Part shown: in pieces, positions 1 through 9,668 of the stretch
Position numbering within the stretch: position 1 is the first letter of the stretch
How the letters are laid out: each line of letters begins with the position of its first letter
Source of the DNA: an uncultured Myxococcota bacterium
Lineage (GTDB): Bacteria > Myxococcota_A > Polyangia > Polyangiales > Houyiibacteriaceae
Reading direction: 5' to 3'
Assembly: GCA_964196015.1 (NCBI GenBank)
Contig: CAXMRM010000033.1
Location: forward strand, 1-36,088
Length of the DNA: 36,088 nucleotides
Notes under the pieces: generated by a model
Told to the model about the DNA's origin: nothing
Database searches by the model: none
The model's input: the letters and a program-made list of their open reading frames with translations, nothing else
Position numbers and translations under genes: made by a program

Positions 1-267
1 GAAGGACAGGTGCACGATCTCTTGGAGTCGGCTGGCCGCAGGGTCGAGATTCGGCTGAGTGGCGCGTCGCAGTCACTCAAGGATGCGCTCGGCTCGCGAG
101 GGACGATCCTCGATGACGGGGCCGGACACGTGACCCTTCGAGTCGAGGGCCAAAAGGCAGTCGATGAGATCATCCGGATCTCGAACGCGGCGGGCGCGAG
201 GCTCGACGCGATGGTCCCTGAGAGAGAGACGCTCGAGAACCTGTTTCTGAAGAACGCAGGACGCTGA
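1..267 (+). CDS. ABC transporter ATP-binding protein, C-terminal fragment (5' end outside window)
   Basis: Frame is open from base 1 (EGQVHDLL...). It ends in ...VPERETLENLFL, like the 'xSLEDxF' tail of ABC-2 type ATPases. No Walker motifs are visible in the window. Confidence 0.65.
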   Translation, partial: EGQVHDLLESAGRRVEIRLSGASQSLKDALGSRGTILDDGAGHVTLRVEGQKAVDEIIRISNAAGARLDAMVPERETLENLFLKNAGR

Positions 268-310
268 GCGGCCGACTTGCTCCGGCTGAGCAGGTCCCTA
301 GATCTACGGC

Positions 311-748
311 ATGACCGTCAAAAGAGTTTCGCCCCAGGAGGCCGAGACGCTCGTCAAAGAAGAGGGCTATGTCTACGTCGACGTTCGCTCCATCCCGGAG
401 TTCGACGCAGGCCACCCGGCGGGCGCTTACAACATCCCTCTGATGCACGCGACACCGTCGAGCATGCGTCCGAACGCAGACTTCATTTCGGTGCTCATCG
501 CAGTCTTCCCGAAAGACACGAAGCTCGTGATCGGGTGCAAGACGGGCGTTCGCTCGCTGCGCGCGGCGCAGGTCTTGATCGAGGCGGGCTTCGAGTACGT
601 CGTCGACCAGCGCGCCGGGTTCCATGGCGTGCGCGATCCATTCGGCCAGGTCAAAGAGGCAGGATGGCAGGGCGTCGGTCTCGAGGTCTCGATCGAGGCG
701 CACCCCGAAAGAAGCTACAAAGCCCTTTCCGACCGCAAAGGCGCTTAA
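311..748 (+). CDS. Rhodanese-like domain protein (single-domain sulfurtransferase)
   Basis: YVDVRSIPEFDAGHPAGAYNIP motif and active-site loop CKTGVRS. Confidence 0.9.
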   Translation: MTVKRVSPQEAETLVKEEGYVYVDVRSIPEFDAGHPAGAYNIPLMHATPSSMRPNADFISVLIAVFPKDTKLVIGCKTGVRSLRAAQVLIEAGFEYVVDQRAGFHGVRDPFGQVKEAGWQGVGLEVSIEAHPERSYKALSDRKGA

Positions 749-2499
749 CCGAAGAGGCTCGACCAGAGAATACCTGGAAGCCTGGCGAGCGACGGATCGG
801 CGCTGAAGTAGGTCATCTTTCGACCGACGGTGGCAGCGGTCTTGTTGTCGATGAACCAGGCGGGCCTGGGCCACACGCGGAACGGCCCGCGCAGCACCGA
901 CTTCTGCGGTCTGTCGAACATGTAGGTGTTGTGGACGACGCCGCGTCCCGAGCGAATGTCTTCGGTCGTATGCCCGGGGAACGCGCCCCAGGTCGGTGTG
1001 ACGAGCGCGTAGTTGATCCCGGGCCAGTGATTGACTGCGATGCTGCCATATCGAAGATTGGCGATCGCTCGCTCGACGGCCTCAGCGATGGCGGGATCTT
1101 TCATCGACTTCGGATGCACGAAGATGCCCACGCTGAGCGTGCCCCAGACCGAGTCGTTGCAGAAGTCGACTGCCTTATCGATGTATTCGACGATCGATTC
1201 GGCAGACAGCGCGACTTCGCTGGCCTGACCGCACCAGGATTCGGTGGTGAAGCAGATGTCGTCGGTCTGGTTGGGGTCGAGGTGGTGCATCAACGTCCAC
1301 GGGACGCGACCGGCGCCGTTGGTGCCGAGCTGGTCTGCGTCGGGATGGCGCTCGACGAACATCTTCTGCCGCCCTTCTGCGCCGGGATAGTACGGCTTGC
1401 GATCGGCGGCGTTCGCTAAGGCTTTCTGGAACGACGCCAGCAGACCCTCGCGCTCATCCCATTGCTCATGCTGAACGACGACCCGAGTCGCAACGCAGTT
1501 GAAGCCCGCGTTGTTGCACAATGAAGATGCGAGATTGACGCCGTGAAAGTCCAAGTCCTTTTGCGACCAGGGGCCGGGGACGACGATAATAGGGCTCACG
1601 TTGCCGAGTTCGCTGCTGAGGCGCTTGGTGTTGCGAGGATCGCGATTCGCCTTGCGACGCGCCCCTTCTTCTCCAACACCAAAGACGATGGCGTCGTGGG
1701 TCTTGTCCGATCCCGTGATGTGGATCTCCTCGACCAAGCGATGCGTGCAGAGGTAATCGCCTTCGGCCGCGCCTCCGTACACGACCCGGAAGAAGCCGCG
1801 TTCGCACAGCGGCGCGAACGCCTCGTCGATGAACGGGCCGAGGTACTCGTTGACCGGGTTCATCTTCAAGATGACGACCTGCCCTTCGACGAAGAGCTTG
1901 TAGAGCGCATCCATCGGCCCGATCGAAGAGACGTTGCCGGCGCCGAGCACCAGCGCGAGCCTTCCCTTGAGTGACTTCTCGCGATAAAATGCGGCCTGGT
2001 TCTCGCTCAGGTTGTCGAGGGTGACCCCCGGCTGCATCCACACCTCCGCGGTGAACCCCTGAAAGAGCAGGCCGTCCCATCCGTCTGCCGGGAACACCGG
2101 GGCAACTACCTGCCCGTCGGGGCGCGTGTACGCAGGCTTTGGAAGCTGCGGCACGCCGTGGTCCTGGATGTCACGAAGGGATGCGATGAGGAGACAGAGG
2201 TTCTTGATGACGGCCGCGGGGCCCGCCAACCACTCCTCGGCCTCTTCGGCGGTACCGAACGTCATGCCTTTGGCTTGCATGGCCGCTTGCACCCAGCGTT
2301 CGGCAACCTCGACGACTCCATCGCGGAGACGCTCGAGGAACTCGATGCGTTCTTCGATGTCGAGGGTGGCCCAGTCTTGCTTGTGGTCTTCGAGGACGGC
2401 GAGGGCCTCGTCGAGCTTCGATTGTGAGGTAGGCTCGATTCGGTGCTCGGCTTCGGGGATGGCGGCAGAGCCCTGCAGTTCGGGGACGGCTTGAGTCAC
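745..2499 (-). CDS. Aldehyde dehydrogenase family protein
   Basis: GAGN, HITGS nucleotide-binding motif, catalytic Glu in SELGNVSP and catalytic Cys in GFNCVA. AGGAGG SD precedes the GTG start. Confidence 0.88.
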   Translation of the reverse strand: MTQAVPELQGSAAIPEAEHRIEPTSQSKLDEALAVLEDHKQDWATLDIEERIEFLERLRDGVVEVAERWVQAAMQAKGMTFGTAEEAEEWLAGPAAVIKNLCLLIASLRDIQDHGVPQLPKPAYTRPDGQVVAPVFPADGWDGLLFQGFTAEVWMQPGVTLDNLSENQAAFYREKSLKGRLALVLGAGNVSSIGPMDALYKLFVEGQVVILKMNPVNEYLGPFIDEAFAPLCERGFFRVVYGGAAEGDYLCTHRLVEEIHITGSDKTHDAIVFGVGEEGARRKANRDPRNTKRLSSELGNVSPIIVVPGPWSQKDLDFHGVNLASSLCNNAGFNCVATRVVVQHEQWDEREGLLASFQKALANAADRKPYYPGAEGRQKMFVERHPDADQLGTNGAGRVPWTLMHHLDPNQTDDICFTTESWCGQASEVALSAESIVEYIDKAVDFCNDSVWGTLSVGIFVHPKSMKDPAIAEAVERAIANLRYGSIAVNHWPGINYALVTPTWGAFPGHTTEDIRSGRGVVHNTYMFDRPQKSVLRGPFRVWPRPAWFIDNKTAATVGRKMTYFSADPSLARLPGILWSSLFG

Positions 2500-2509
2500 G
2501 GTGCCTCCT

Positions 2510-4444
2510 TTACGGCGCAGATAGCGAGGACATGTTGGGGTGTGGGCCCGTAGAGATCAAGAACTCCCGGACCTGGCCGAGAGTATCGCAGACCCGGGCC
2601 GGCGGGAGGCTTCGAAGAAAGACTTTTCCATAGCCTTTTCGGCGAATTCGTGAGTCGAGGATGGCGACGACGCCGCGGTCCTGGGTGGTTCGAATCAGGC
2701 GTCCGAAACCCTGCTTCAACGACAGTGCGGCTGCCGGAACGAGGTATCGCATGAAGGAGGATTCACCAGCTTCGTCGAGGCGTTCGCAGCGTGCGGCCAC
2801 GACCGGGTCGCTTGGGACGTCGAAAGGAAGCTTGTCGATCACCACGAGCCGAAGCGCCGAGCCGGGGACATCGACGCCCTCCCAGAAGCTGGCGGTTGCA
2901 AACAAGACGGCGTTGCCCTCGTCGCGAAACCGGTCGAGCAAAGTCTGCTTCGGAGCGTCTCCTTGAACGAACCACTCGTAGTCGAGCTCGTCTCCCACGC
3001 GCTTCGAAAGCATCCGCATCATCCGAAGTGAGGTAGAAAGAACGAACGCACCTCCCTCGGACATTCGGATCAACTCGAGGATCTCTTTGGCGGCGGCGTC
3101 GGGAAAATCGGAAGCGCGCGGGTCGGGCAAGTGCGTCGGCGCGTACAACGCGGCTTGCTCCTCGTAACGGAAGGGCGACTCTACGACTTCTTCGCCGATT
3201 TCAGTTTCGATCCCGAGGCGGCGTTTGACGAAGCCGAAGTCGCCGCCGGTGGTGAGCGTCGCGCTCGTGAAAACCACACAGGGGACGCGTTCGTGGAGAC
3301 GCTCGCGCAACAGCGGGCCGACGTCGATCGGGCTCGAGCCTACCGACGCGCCCCGCACGCCTCCCTGGGCCCAACTCACTTGGCCCGGCGCTTCGAGGGA
3401 GCCGAGAGCATCGCGGAACTGGTCCACGCGTCTCGCAATTTGCAGGACGTTCTCGCGGGGTGGCCGAATGTTTCGACACGACGCTGCGAGCTCCGCGAGG
3501 ACGTTGTCCAACGCGAAGAGGGCGTCTTGTGGAATCGCCTCGGAAGGCAACGAGGCACGGCCACCGTTGGCGTTGCCGGGGAGAGCGCTGAAGAAATTCG
3601 AAGATTGCTGTAGCACGGCATCGAGCAGCCGCTTCTCGTGCCGTTTGTCGCCGCGTTCGCTGGGGAGAGCAGCTCGGGCTTCACGCACGAGGCGTTCGAG
3701 CATGGCGGCGGACAGACGCGAACCGAAGAAGAGCGTCGCGGTGTCCTCGACCTGATGCGCCTCGTCGAAGATGACAGCGTCATAGTCAGGCAATACCGAG
3801 GCAAAGCCGGTGTCGCGGAGCGCCAGGTCGGCGAAGAACAGGTGGTGGTTGACGACGACCAGCTGCGCGCTGTCTGCGCGCCGGCGTGCACGTGTCACGA
3901 AGCACTCGTCGTAGTAGTCGCATCGGGCGCCGATCCGCGTGTCCGAACCGCTCACGACACGCGACCAGATCGGGTCTTCCTCGGCGATCGACGCGAGGGC
4001 CGCGCGGTCACCGGAGCCCGTTGTCTCGACCCAGCTGCGGAGCGTCGGTAGCGACCGCGCGAACCGCGGCTGTGTAGCGTCCGCGCTGCTCGACAGCTCA
4101 TTAAACCGGCGGCGACAGAGGTAATTGCTCAGGCCCTTCACGCAAGCGGCGTCAATCTCCATGCCGAGGTGGCGCTTGAGGGCCGGCAAATCCTTTTCCA
4201 TGATCTGGTCCTGCAGTGCGCGCGTGCCAGTAGACACCAAGACGCGGCGGCCGCTCAGCGCAGCTGGAATCAGATACGCCCAGGTCTTGCCGGTGCCCGT
4301 TCCAGCCTCGATCAGGAGAATGCCGTCGTGCTCCAACACCTCTTGCACGGCGCGAGCCATCCGAATCTGGCCGGGACGATGCTCGTAGCCGGAAACGCCG
4401 CGGGCCAGGGGTCCCGTGGGCCCAAGCAGATGACCCGCATCCAT
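2510..4444 (-). CDS. ATP-dependent DNA helicase, DinG/YoaA family (Fe-S)
   Basis: Q motif RPGQ, Walker A EAGTGTGKT, DEAH box, Fe-S Cys (NYLC...C.YYDEC), FWEGVDVPG and QGFGRLIR motifs. Confidence 0.93.
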   Translation of the reverse strand: MDAGHLLGPTGPLARGVSGYEHRPGQIRMARAVQEVLEHDGILLIEAGTGTGKTWAYLIPAALSGRRVLVSTGTRALQDQIMEKDLPALKRHLGMEIDAACVKGLSNYLCRRRFNELSSSADATQPRFARSLPTLRSWVETTGSGDRAALASIAEEDPIWSRVVSGSDTRIGARCDYYDECFVTRARRRADSAQLVVVNHHLFFADLALRDTGFASVLPDYDAVIFDEAHQVEDTATLFFGSRLSAAMLERLVREARAALPSERGDKRHEKRLLDAVLQQSSNFFSALPGNANGGRASLPSEAIPQDALFALDNVLAELAASCRNIRPPRENVLQIARRVDQFRDALGSLEAPGQVSWAQGGVRGASVGSSPIDVGPLLRERLHERVPCVVFTSATLTTGGDFGFVKRRLGIETEIGEEVVESPFRYEEQAALYAPTHLPDPRASDFPDAAAKEILELIRMSEGGAFVLSTSLRMMRMLSKRVGDELDYEWFVQGDAPKQTLLDRFRDEGNAVLFATASFWEGVDVPGSALRLVVIDKLPFDVPSDPVVAARCERLDEAGESSFMRYLVPAAALSLKQGFGRLIRTTQDRGVVAILDSRIRRKGYGKVFLRSLPPARVCDTLGQVREFLISTGPHPNMSSLSAP

Positions 4445-4505
4445 TGGCCTGCTCTAGCACGGGGTGCTGCCACTGCCCTGGCGACGCGCTATAGAAAGCC
4501 GAATC

Positions 4506-5219
4506 GTGATTCCCATCCGCGACATCAACGACACGCGCCGCACCCCCGTCGTCACCTGGGCTCTGATTGGCGCCAACGTGCTGATCTTCGTGGCGAGCCT
4601 GAGCCTCGAGAGCACCGAGGCCGAGGCGCTGGTGATGCGCTTCGGGGTGATCCCCGACGTGATCGTCCATGGAAACTGGGCGGCCTCCCGCGCCGATGGC
4701 GGTGCGATCGGGATCTGGGTAACGAACTTCACGAGAATGTTCATGCAAGGTGGGCTGGTGAAAATCGGGAGCAACATGCTCTTCCTGCACGTCTTCGGCG
4801 ACAATGTGGAGGACGTGCTCGGCCGAGGCCGGTTTCTTCTATTTTACATCCTATGCGGGGTCGGCGCAGCCCTGGGGCAGGTCCTGGTCGACCCGAACAG
4901 CATGGTGCCGATGATCGGCGCGTCGGGGGCGATCTCCGGCGTCCTGGCCGGCTACCTCACCCTGTTCCCGCACGCCCGGGTCGTCACACTCATCCCGATC
5001 TTCATCTTCATTCACTTCATGGAAGTGCCAGCAGGAATCTTCATCGTGCTCTGGTTCGTCCTGCAACTCGTGTTGGGCTACCTGTCGCTCGGCATCATCG
5101 CAGAGGGTGGCGGTGGCGTTGCGTGGTTTGCGCACATCGGCGGCTTCCTGGCCGGCCTGGTGTGCGTTCGTGTGCTGTACCGAAAGCCTAAGGGGCGTCG
5201 GCAGCGGTTGTTTCGCTAG
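4506..5219 (+). CDS. Rhomboid family intramembrane serine protease
   Basis: Typical MIPIRD start at GTG 4506, FGDNVED, catalytic GASG and AWFAHIGGF, several TM segments. Confidence 0.92.
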   Translation: MIPIRDINDTRRTPVVTWALIGANVLIFVASLSLESTEAEALVMRFGVIPDVIVHGNWAASRADGGAIGIWVTNFTRMFMQGGLVKIGSNMLFLHVFGDNVEDVLGRGRFLLFYILCGVGAALGQVLVDPNSMVPMIGASGAISGVLAGYLTLFPHARVVTLIPIFIFIHFMEVPAGIFIVLWFVLQLVLGYLSLGIIAEGGGGVAWFAHIGGFLAGLVCVRVLYRKPKGRRQRLFR

Positions 5220-7248
5220 GCGCTGGAGGCTCTTCGACGGCCTTTGGCGCCGCGGGAGGTTCTGCCGCGGCCTTCACCTCGCTCGGAGGCGGCTCTGCAG
5301 GAGGCTCAGCCGCGGCTTTCACCGCGCTCGAAGGCGGGGTGACTATTTCGTTGCTCGAAGCGGCTTGCGTGGGCTCGGTGGCTCCGTCCTTTTGAAGCGT
5401 CACGTTGACGGTGGCGGCCATGCGGCGCGTCTCTTCGATGAAGTCGGCGCGAGTCACGGACTTGATGGCCGTCGCGTAGCCGTCCTTAGAGACCACGATC
5501 TTGCGGGACCCCAGCATCGACTTGAACTGGAGCTCGCCGGGCGTGGCGACCTCCCCGCCGCCGATGGCGCTAGCCTTCGCGCCCGCGGGGTTGGTGACAA
5601 CCTGGACGATGTAGGGAAGTGGCGCGAGCCAGAGGTTCACCGGTGCTTGGTCGGACCCGACCGTGATCTGTCGCCTGCGAGCCAAGTGGCCACGTGCCTT
5701 CGAGAAGAGCGAATGCTTGGTGCCTACCTCGTATTCGAGCTCGAGCGGCGTGCGTCCCACGCCCTTGCCGTCGACGCTGACGAACGCACCGGCGGGGCGA
5801 GAGAGAACCTGAAATTTCACCATGCCGGCGTCTACCGCTTCGACGGGCGCCGCCTCGGCTTGGGCCGCGGGCGCCGCTCGTGGAGTGGACCCTGCCTCAT
5901 CGGCAGCGATGGCTTCTTCCGCAGGTTGCCCTTCGACGCTGGCCTCTTCCGGCTGAGCCGCTGGCGCGGCTACGGGCTGGGCAACCTGGGCCGGTTCTTC
6001 GCCAAGCTCTTCCAATTGGGCGAGATACGGCGCAGCTAAATCCATGAAATCGTTCGCCAAGCCGAGCTGCCATGCTGCAATCGCACCGGAGGCGAGCAAG
6101 AGCACGCACAGGAGCACAACCATCCAGCCGCGCGTGTCCTGCTTCTCTGGTGTCGGCCGCATAGTCCAAGCCGGCGTAGCCACCTGCGCAACGTTGAACG
6201 CCTCGGCGGGAATCCCCGGCGCTGCGGGGACGGGCGCACCGGGCGGCGGGACCGTCGGCAGCGCGGGATCGAGTAAGCTCGCGTCGATGAACTCGCCCGG
6301 CGCAGGGCCGAACGACTCGCCAGTCGTCGGACCAAACAGATCGGGAACGGCTCTCTCTAGCAACGAGTTCGAGGCCGCGGGCAACACCGGGGTCGCTCGC
6401 CTCTCCGCAGCGAAGGCCGAGGCCGCGTCCCTGGCGATCACCGTTGGGTCCGCGCCGGGGTAATCGGACTCGAGAAGTTCCTGAATTTTGGTGGTCTCCT
6501 CGTCGAGAAAATCGTTTTCGGGGTCGAGCTCGTCCATCGCGGGCGCCGCAGCACTGCTCGCGCTTGCGCTCAGCCCCGGGCCTCCAAAGGCGGACATCGC
6601 GCCACGAGACGGTGCGTCGGAAACGGAGTGTCTGTTCTGGGCGGAGGCAGTGCGATGCGCACTGAAGGCGCCGCGCGCAGCGGCAAGGCGGTCGTCGCCG
6701 ATCTCGTTGGTGATCCGGCGGGCACGCTCTACACCGGCCTGTGCTTCGCGTTGCGCCACTTCGCCGGCTCCGCCCTCTTCGAGCGCGGAAGCCAGAAACT
6801 CGCTCACGTGGCGGACCTCGGTTCGATCTTCTTCGGCTAGGTCGTCGGGATCGGAGGCGACCGCGGGGGCCAGCCGAACGCCCTCTTTGCCGTGCTCAAA
6901 GACACCGGGGTGACCACGATCCTCTGCAATGCGTTGCACGACCGCACGGGATTCGGAGTCCATCTTGATGAACTTGATTCCCATACCCGACGGATTGTCC
7001 GCGTCAGCCTCGGACTCGTCGCGCCTCCAGACCACTCGACCCACGCCATGGATCAACGTCGACTGGTCTTTAAGCATGAACTCGAACTTCAGAAGCGTAC
7101 CCACGGCCAACGGCTTCTTGGCCTTGATGAATACACCTCCGCTCGAGATGTCGCTGCTATAGCGTTCGATGAAATCCTCGAGCGTGGCGCTCCTATAGCG
7201 GATCTTCAGCGAAAGCAGCGTGCGCTTGTCCTTGCGTGCGTCTGCCAT
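5188..7248 (-). CDS. TIGR02266-type PilZ domain protein with a single TM helix and periplasmic PEGA domain(s)
   Basis: N-terminal RKDKR...DISSGGVFI...GMGIKF, Pro/Ala-rich linker, TM (WMVVLLCVLLLASGAIAAW), PEGA motif SRPAGAFVSVDGKGVGRTP. Start chosen at ATG 7248. Confidence 0.82.
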   Translation of the reverse strand: MADARKDKRTLLSLKIRYRSATLEDFIERYSSDISSGGVFIKAKKPLAVGTLLKFEFMLKDQSTLIHGVGRVVWRRDESEADADNPSGMGIKFIKMDSESRAVVQRIAEDRGHPGVFEHGKEGVRLAPAVASDPDDLAEEDRTEVRHVSEFLASALEEGGAGEVAQREAQAGVERARRITNEIGDDRLAAARGAFSAHRTASAQNRHSVSDAPSRGAMSAFGGPGLSASASSAAAPAMDELDPENDFLDEETTKIQELLESDYPGADPTVIARDAASAFAAERRATPVLPAASNSLLERAVPDLFGPTTGESFGPAPGEFIDASLLDPALPTVPPPGAPVPAAPGIPAEAFNVAQVATPAWTMRPTPEKQDTRGWMVVLLCVLLLASGAIAAWQLGLANDFMDLAAPYLAQLEELGEEPAQVAQPVAAPAAQPEEASVEGQPAEEAIAADEAGSTPRAAPAAQAEAAPVEAVDAGMVKFQVLSRPAGAFVSVDGKGVGRTPLELEYEVGTKHSLFSKARGHLARRRQITVGSDQAPVNLWLAPLPYIVQVVTNPAGAKASAIGGGEVATPGELQFKSMLGSRKIVVSKDGYATAIKSVTRADFIEETRRMAATVNVTLQKDGATEPTQAASSNEIVTPPSSAVKAAAEPPAEPPPSEVKAAAEPPAAPKAVEEPPAPSETTAADAP

Positions 7249-7326
7249 ATTCCGTTGTCTCACGCTCCCAACTCCAGACTAACCATCGATTCGTGAAGCA
7301 ACAAACGTTTCGCCAAGAAAACGACG

Positions 7327-8160
7327 TCATGCTGGGCTTACGGCGAGCGATAATTGCGCATGGACCTCGCGCTCAGCGCCCAAGGTAGTCCAAAGTCGCA
7401 CATCGGCGTCGACGGCGATCCCCATGTTTACGCCGTGTAATTCAGCGACCCACTGTGACTTCGAACAGTGACTGATGGTTGCCCGGTGGATCAAAAAGCC
7501 GCTGCGAAGAATATCTCGCAGCGCGATCGCGAACTGTTCGGCATCGGGTTCGATTGTGACGTGGCGAGTGGACCAGGGTCGTCCCGACGAAGGCGGCTGC
7601 CGGACACAAAGAGCGCACGCGTCGACCAGCGAGTCAGCTTCTACGTCGACTTCGAAACCTCCGAAAGACGACTCCGCCCGGACCGTCGCTTCACGAGCCC
7701 ACGCTCGCGGCCGGCCTCCGAGTTCCTCGAGTGAAGGACCGAAGACTTCGCTGAGCTCGGGCGCGACATCCAAGAGCGGCGCCAACGCGAACCCGCGGTT
7801 CTCGAGCTCGGGATGAGGCACGGAAAGCTCCGGCGACTCGTGCGGGCCGCGTTGATCCCAAAGCAGGTCGAGATCGACGCTGCGTGGGCCCCATCGTTGG
7901 TCCGGAACGCGATGGCGACCGAGACGACGCTCCGTTCGCAGCAAGACACGCAAGAGCTCGAGTGGCGAAAGCGTGGTCGCCAAACGGAACGCGGCGTTCA
8001 GGTAGCGTGGTTGCGGCGGCCCCAGGGGCTCGGTCTCGTAGATCTTGGAGACCTCCAGGACCTCGATGCCTTCGCGCGCGTCCAGCAACACGCTAGCGCA
8101 GCGGATCGACGCCTCCCGTGCACCGAGATTCGACCCTACACCGACCACGACGACGTTCAC
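7327..8160 (-). CDS. folK: 2-amino-4-hydroxy-6-hydroxymethyldihydropteridine diphosphokinase with a ~125 aa C-terminal extra domain
   Basis: GVGSNLG, YETEP, YLNAA, RWGPRSVDLDLL and VPHP...RGFALAPL motifs. Confidence 0.9.
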   Translation of the reverse strand: MNVVVVGVGSNLGAREASIRCASVLLDAREGIEVLEVSKIYETEPLGPPQPRYLNAAFRLATTLSPLELLRVLLRTERRLGRHRVPDQRWGPRSVDLDLLWDQRGPHESPELSVPHPELENRGFALAPLLDVAPELSEVFGPSLEELGGRPRAWAREATVRAESSFGGFEVDVEADSLVDACALCVRQPPSSGRPWSTRHVTIEPDAEQFAIALRDILRSGFLIHRATISHCSKSQWVAELHGVNMGIAVDADVRLWTTLGAEREVHAQLSLAVSPA

Positions 8161-8228
8161 TGAACTGACCTCGAGAAAAAGGAGTCAATCCCCTTCTTCA
8201 TCGGGTTAATTGCGGCTAGGTTCAGCGC

Positions 8229-9668
8229 ATGTCGGAGATGCCGCTCTTCGAGCGTCTTCAGGGCCAGGACCATGAGGGCGATGAACGTGTCTTCCGAGTG
8301 AGCGAAGTCAACCGCGCGGTTCGCCTCACGCTGGAGGACAACTGGGCGAGCGTGCTCATCGAGGGGGAGCTCTCGGACGTCCGGCGCGCCAAGGGTCACG
8401 TCTATTTCACGTTGAACGACGAACAAAACCCGGCGCAGCTGCGGGGGGTGATGTTTCAGTCCGACGTCCAGCGGACGAAGGCGCCGCTCGAAGACGGGGC
8501 ACGGATTCGGTTCCGCGGAACGCTTTCGCTGTACACGGCGCGCGGGCAGTTCCAGCTCATTGCCCGGTCGGCCAGGCTCGCGGGCGAAGGTGATCTCGCG
8601 GCCCAGTTTCGAAAGCTGCGCGCGAAATTAGAGGCGGAGGGATTGCTAGACCCGGAGCGAAGACGTCCGCTCCCCGAACTGCCACGTGTGGTGGGTGTGG
8701 TCACGAGCCGAACGGGCGCGGCGCTGCGCGACATCATCCGTGTGGCAGCCGAGCGGTGCCCCGTGCGGATCCTCGTCGCCGATTGCCGCGTACAAGGCGA
8801 GGAAGCGCCTCGCAGCATCGTCTCGGCGCTCGAGCTGATTCAGCAAGTCGACGACTTGGACGTCGTGATCGTCTCGCGCGGCGGCGGCTCGGCAGAAGAT
8901 CTGTGGGCGTTCAATGACGAAGGTGTTGCCCGCGCGATCGCGGCTTGCCGGGTCCCTGTCGTGAGCGGCGTCGGACACGAGGTCGACGTGACGATCGCGG
9001 ACTTGGTCGCCGACGTGCGAGCTGCAACGCCGTCCAATGCCGCAGAGATCGTCGTGCCGGAGCGTGAAGCACTGCTTCGAGACGTGCGGTCTTTGGAACG
9101 GCGGCTGAACCAGGCGTTGGACAACCGTATCGGCGGTCTTCGACTTCGGCTCGAGCGGTTGCTGCGCCCGCTCTACGACGCTCGGCGTGTGATTGCCCCG
9201 GTTCGTCGGAAGCTACTCGTGTTACAGGAGAACCTCCGACACGCGCAGCGATCCGATCTCCGGCAGCGCCGCGTGCGGCTCACGGAGCTCAATCAAAGTT
9301 TGATGCGCCTGGACCCGCGGTCGGCGCTGCGCCGTGATCAACGCGAGCTGGCCGCGTTGGCCACGAGGCTCAGGGACGCAGGCCGCTTGCCAATTCGACG
9401 CCGGCGCGAGCGCTTGGTGGCGCTCAGGTTCACGTTGCAGGGGCGAGGACGGCCCATGGTGCGCGAAGCGCGCGCCGCGTACGCCGAGCTTTGCGCACAA
9501 CTGGATGCGCTTTCTCCGCTGCGGGTGCTCGAGCGCGGGTACGCGATCGCTCTTCACGAATCGACCGGCCGCGCGATTCGGAGCCAGTCCGAAGTGAAGG
9601 AAGGCGACCGGTTTCGCGTCCGAGTGTCGGATGGGGAGTTTGATGCGAAAGTCGAAAGCCATGAGTGA
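8229..9668 (+). CDS. xseA: Exodeoxyribonuclease VII large subunit
   Basis: GHVYFTL OB fold, VVTSRTGAALRD, RGGGSAEDLWAFNDE, SGVGHEVD, ATPSNAAE and LSPLRVLERGYA. Confidence 0.96.
   Translation: MSEMPLFERLQGQDHEGDERVFRVSEVNRAVRLTLEDNWASVLIEGELSDVRRAKGHVYFTLNDEQNPAQLRGVMFQSDVQRTKAPLEDGARIRFRGTLSLYTARGQFQLIARSARLAGEGDLAAQFRKLRAKLEAEGLLDPERRRPLPELPRVVGVVTSRTGAALRDIIRVAAERCPVRILVADCRVQGEEAPRSIVSALELIQQVDDLDVVIVSRGGGSAEDLWAFNDEGVARAIAACRVPVVSGVGHEVDVTIADLVADVRAATPSNAAEIVVPEREALLRDVRSLERRLNQALDNRIGGLRLRLERLLRPLYDARRVIAPVRRKLLVLQENLRHAQRSDLRQRRVRLTELNQSLMRLDPRSALRRDQRELAALATRLRDAGRLPIRRRRERLVALRFTLQGRGRPMVREARAAYAELCAQLDALSPLRVLERGYAIALHESTGRAIRSQSEVKEGDRFRVRVSDGEFDAKVESHE

Noticed and set aside
277-1419. 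Long alternative-frame and antisense ORFs (e.g. 277-1419, 10352-11551, 10573-11709, 25280-26653, 29954-31015)
   Set aside because: They overlap well-supported genes, are Arg/Gly/Pro-rich with no motifs, and are expected shadows in high-GC DNA.
5230-5325. Short tandem peptide repeat VKAAAEPPA (twice)
   Set aside because: Low-complexity Pro/Ala tail; an ordinary local duplication, not a CRISPR or mobile repeat.
8229-9668. xseA without an adjacent xseB
   Set aside because: The two subunits are often unlinked, so absence from this window is uninformative.
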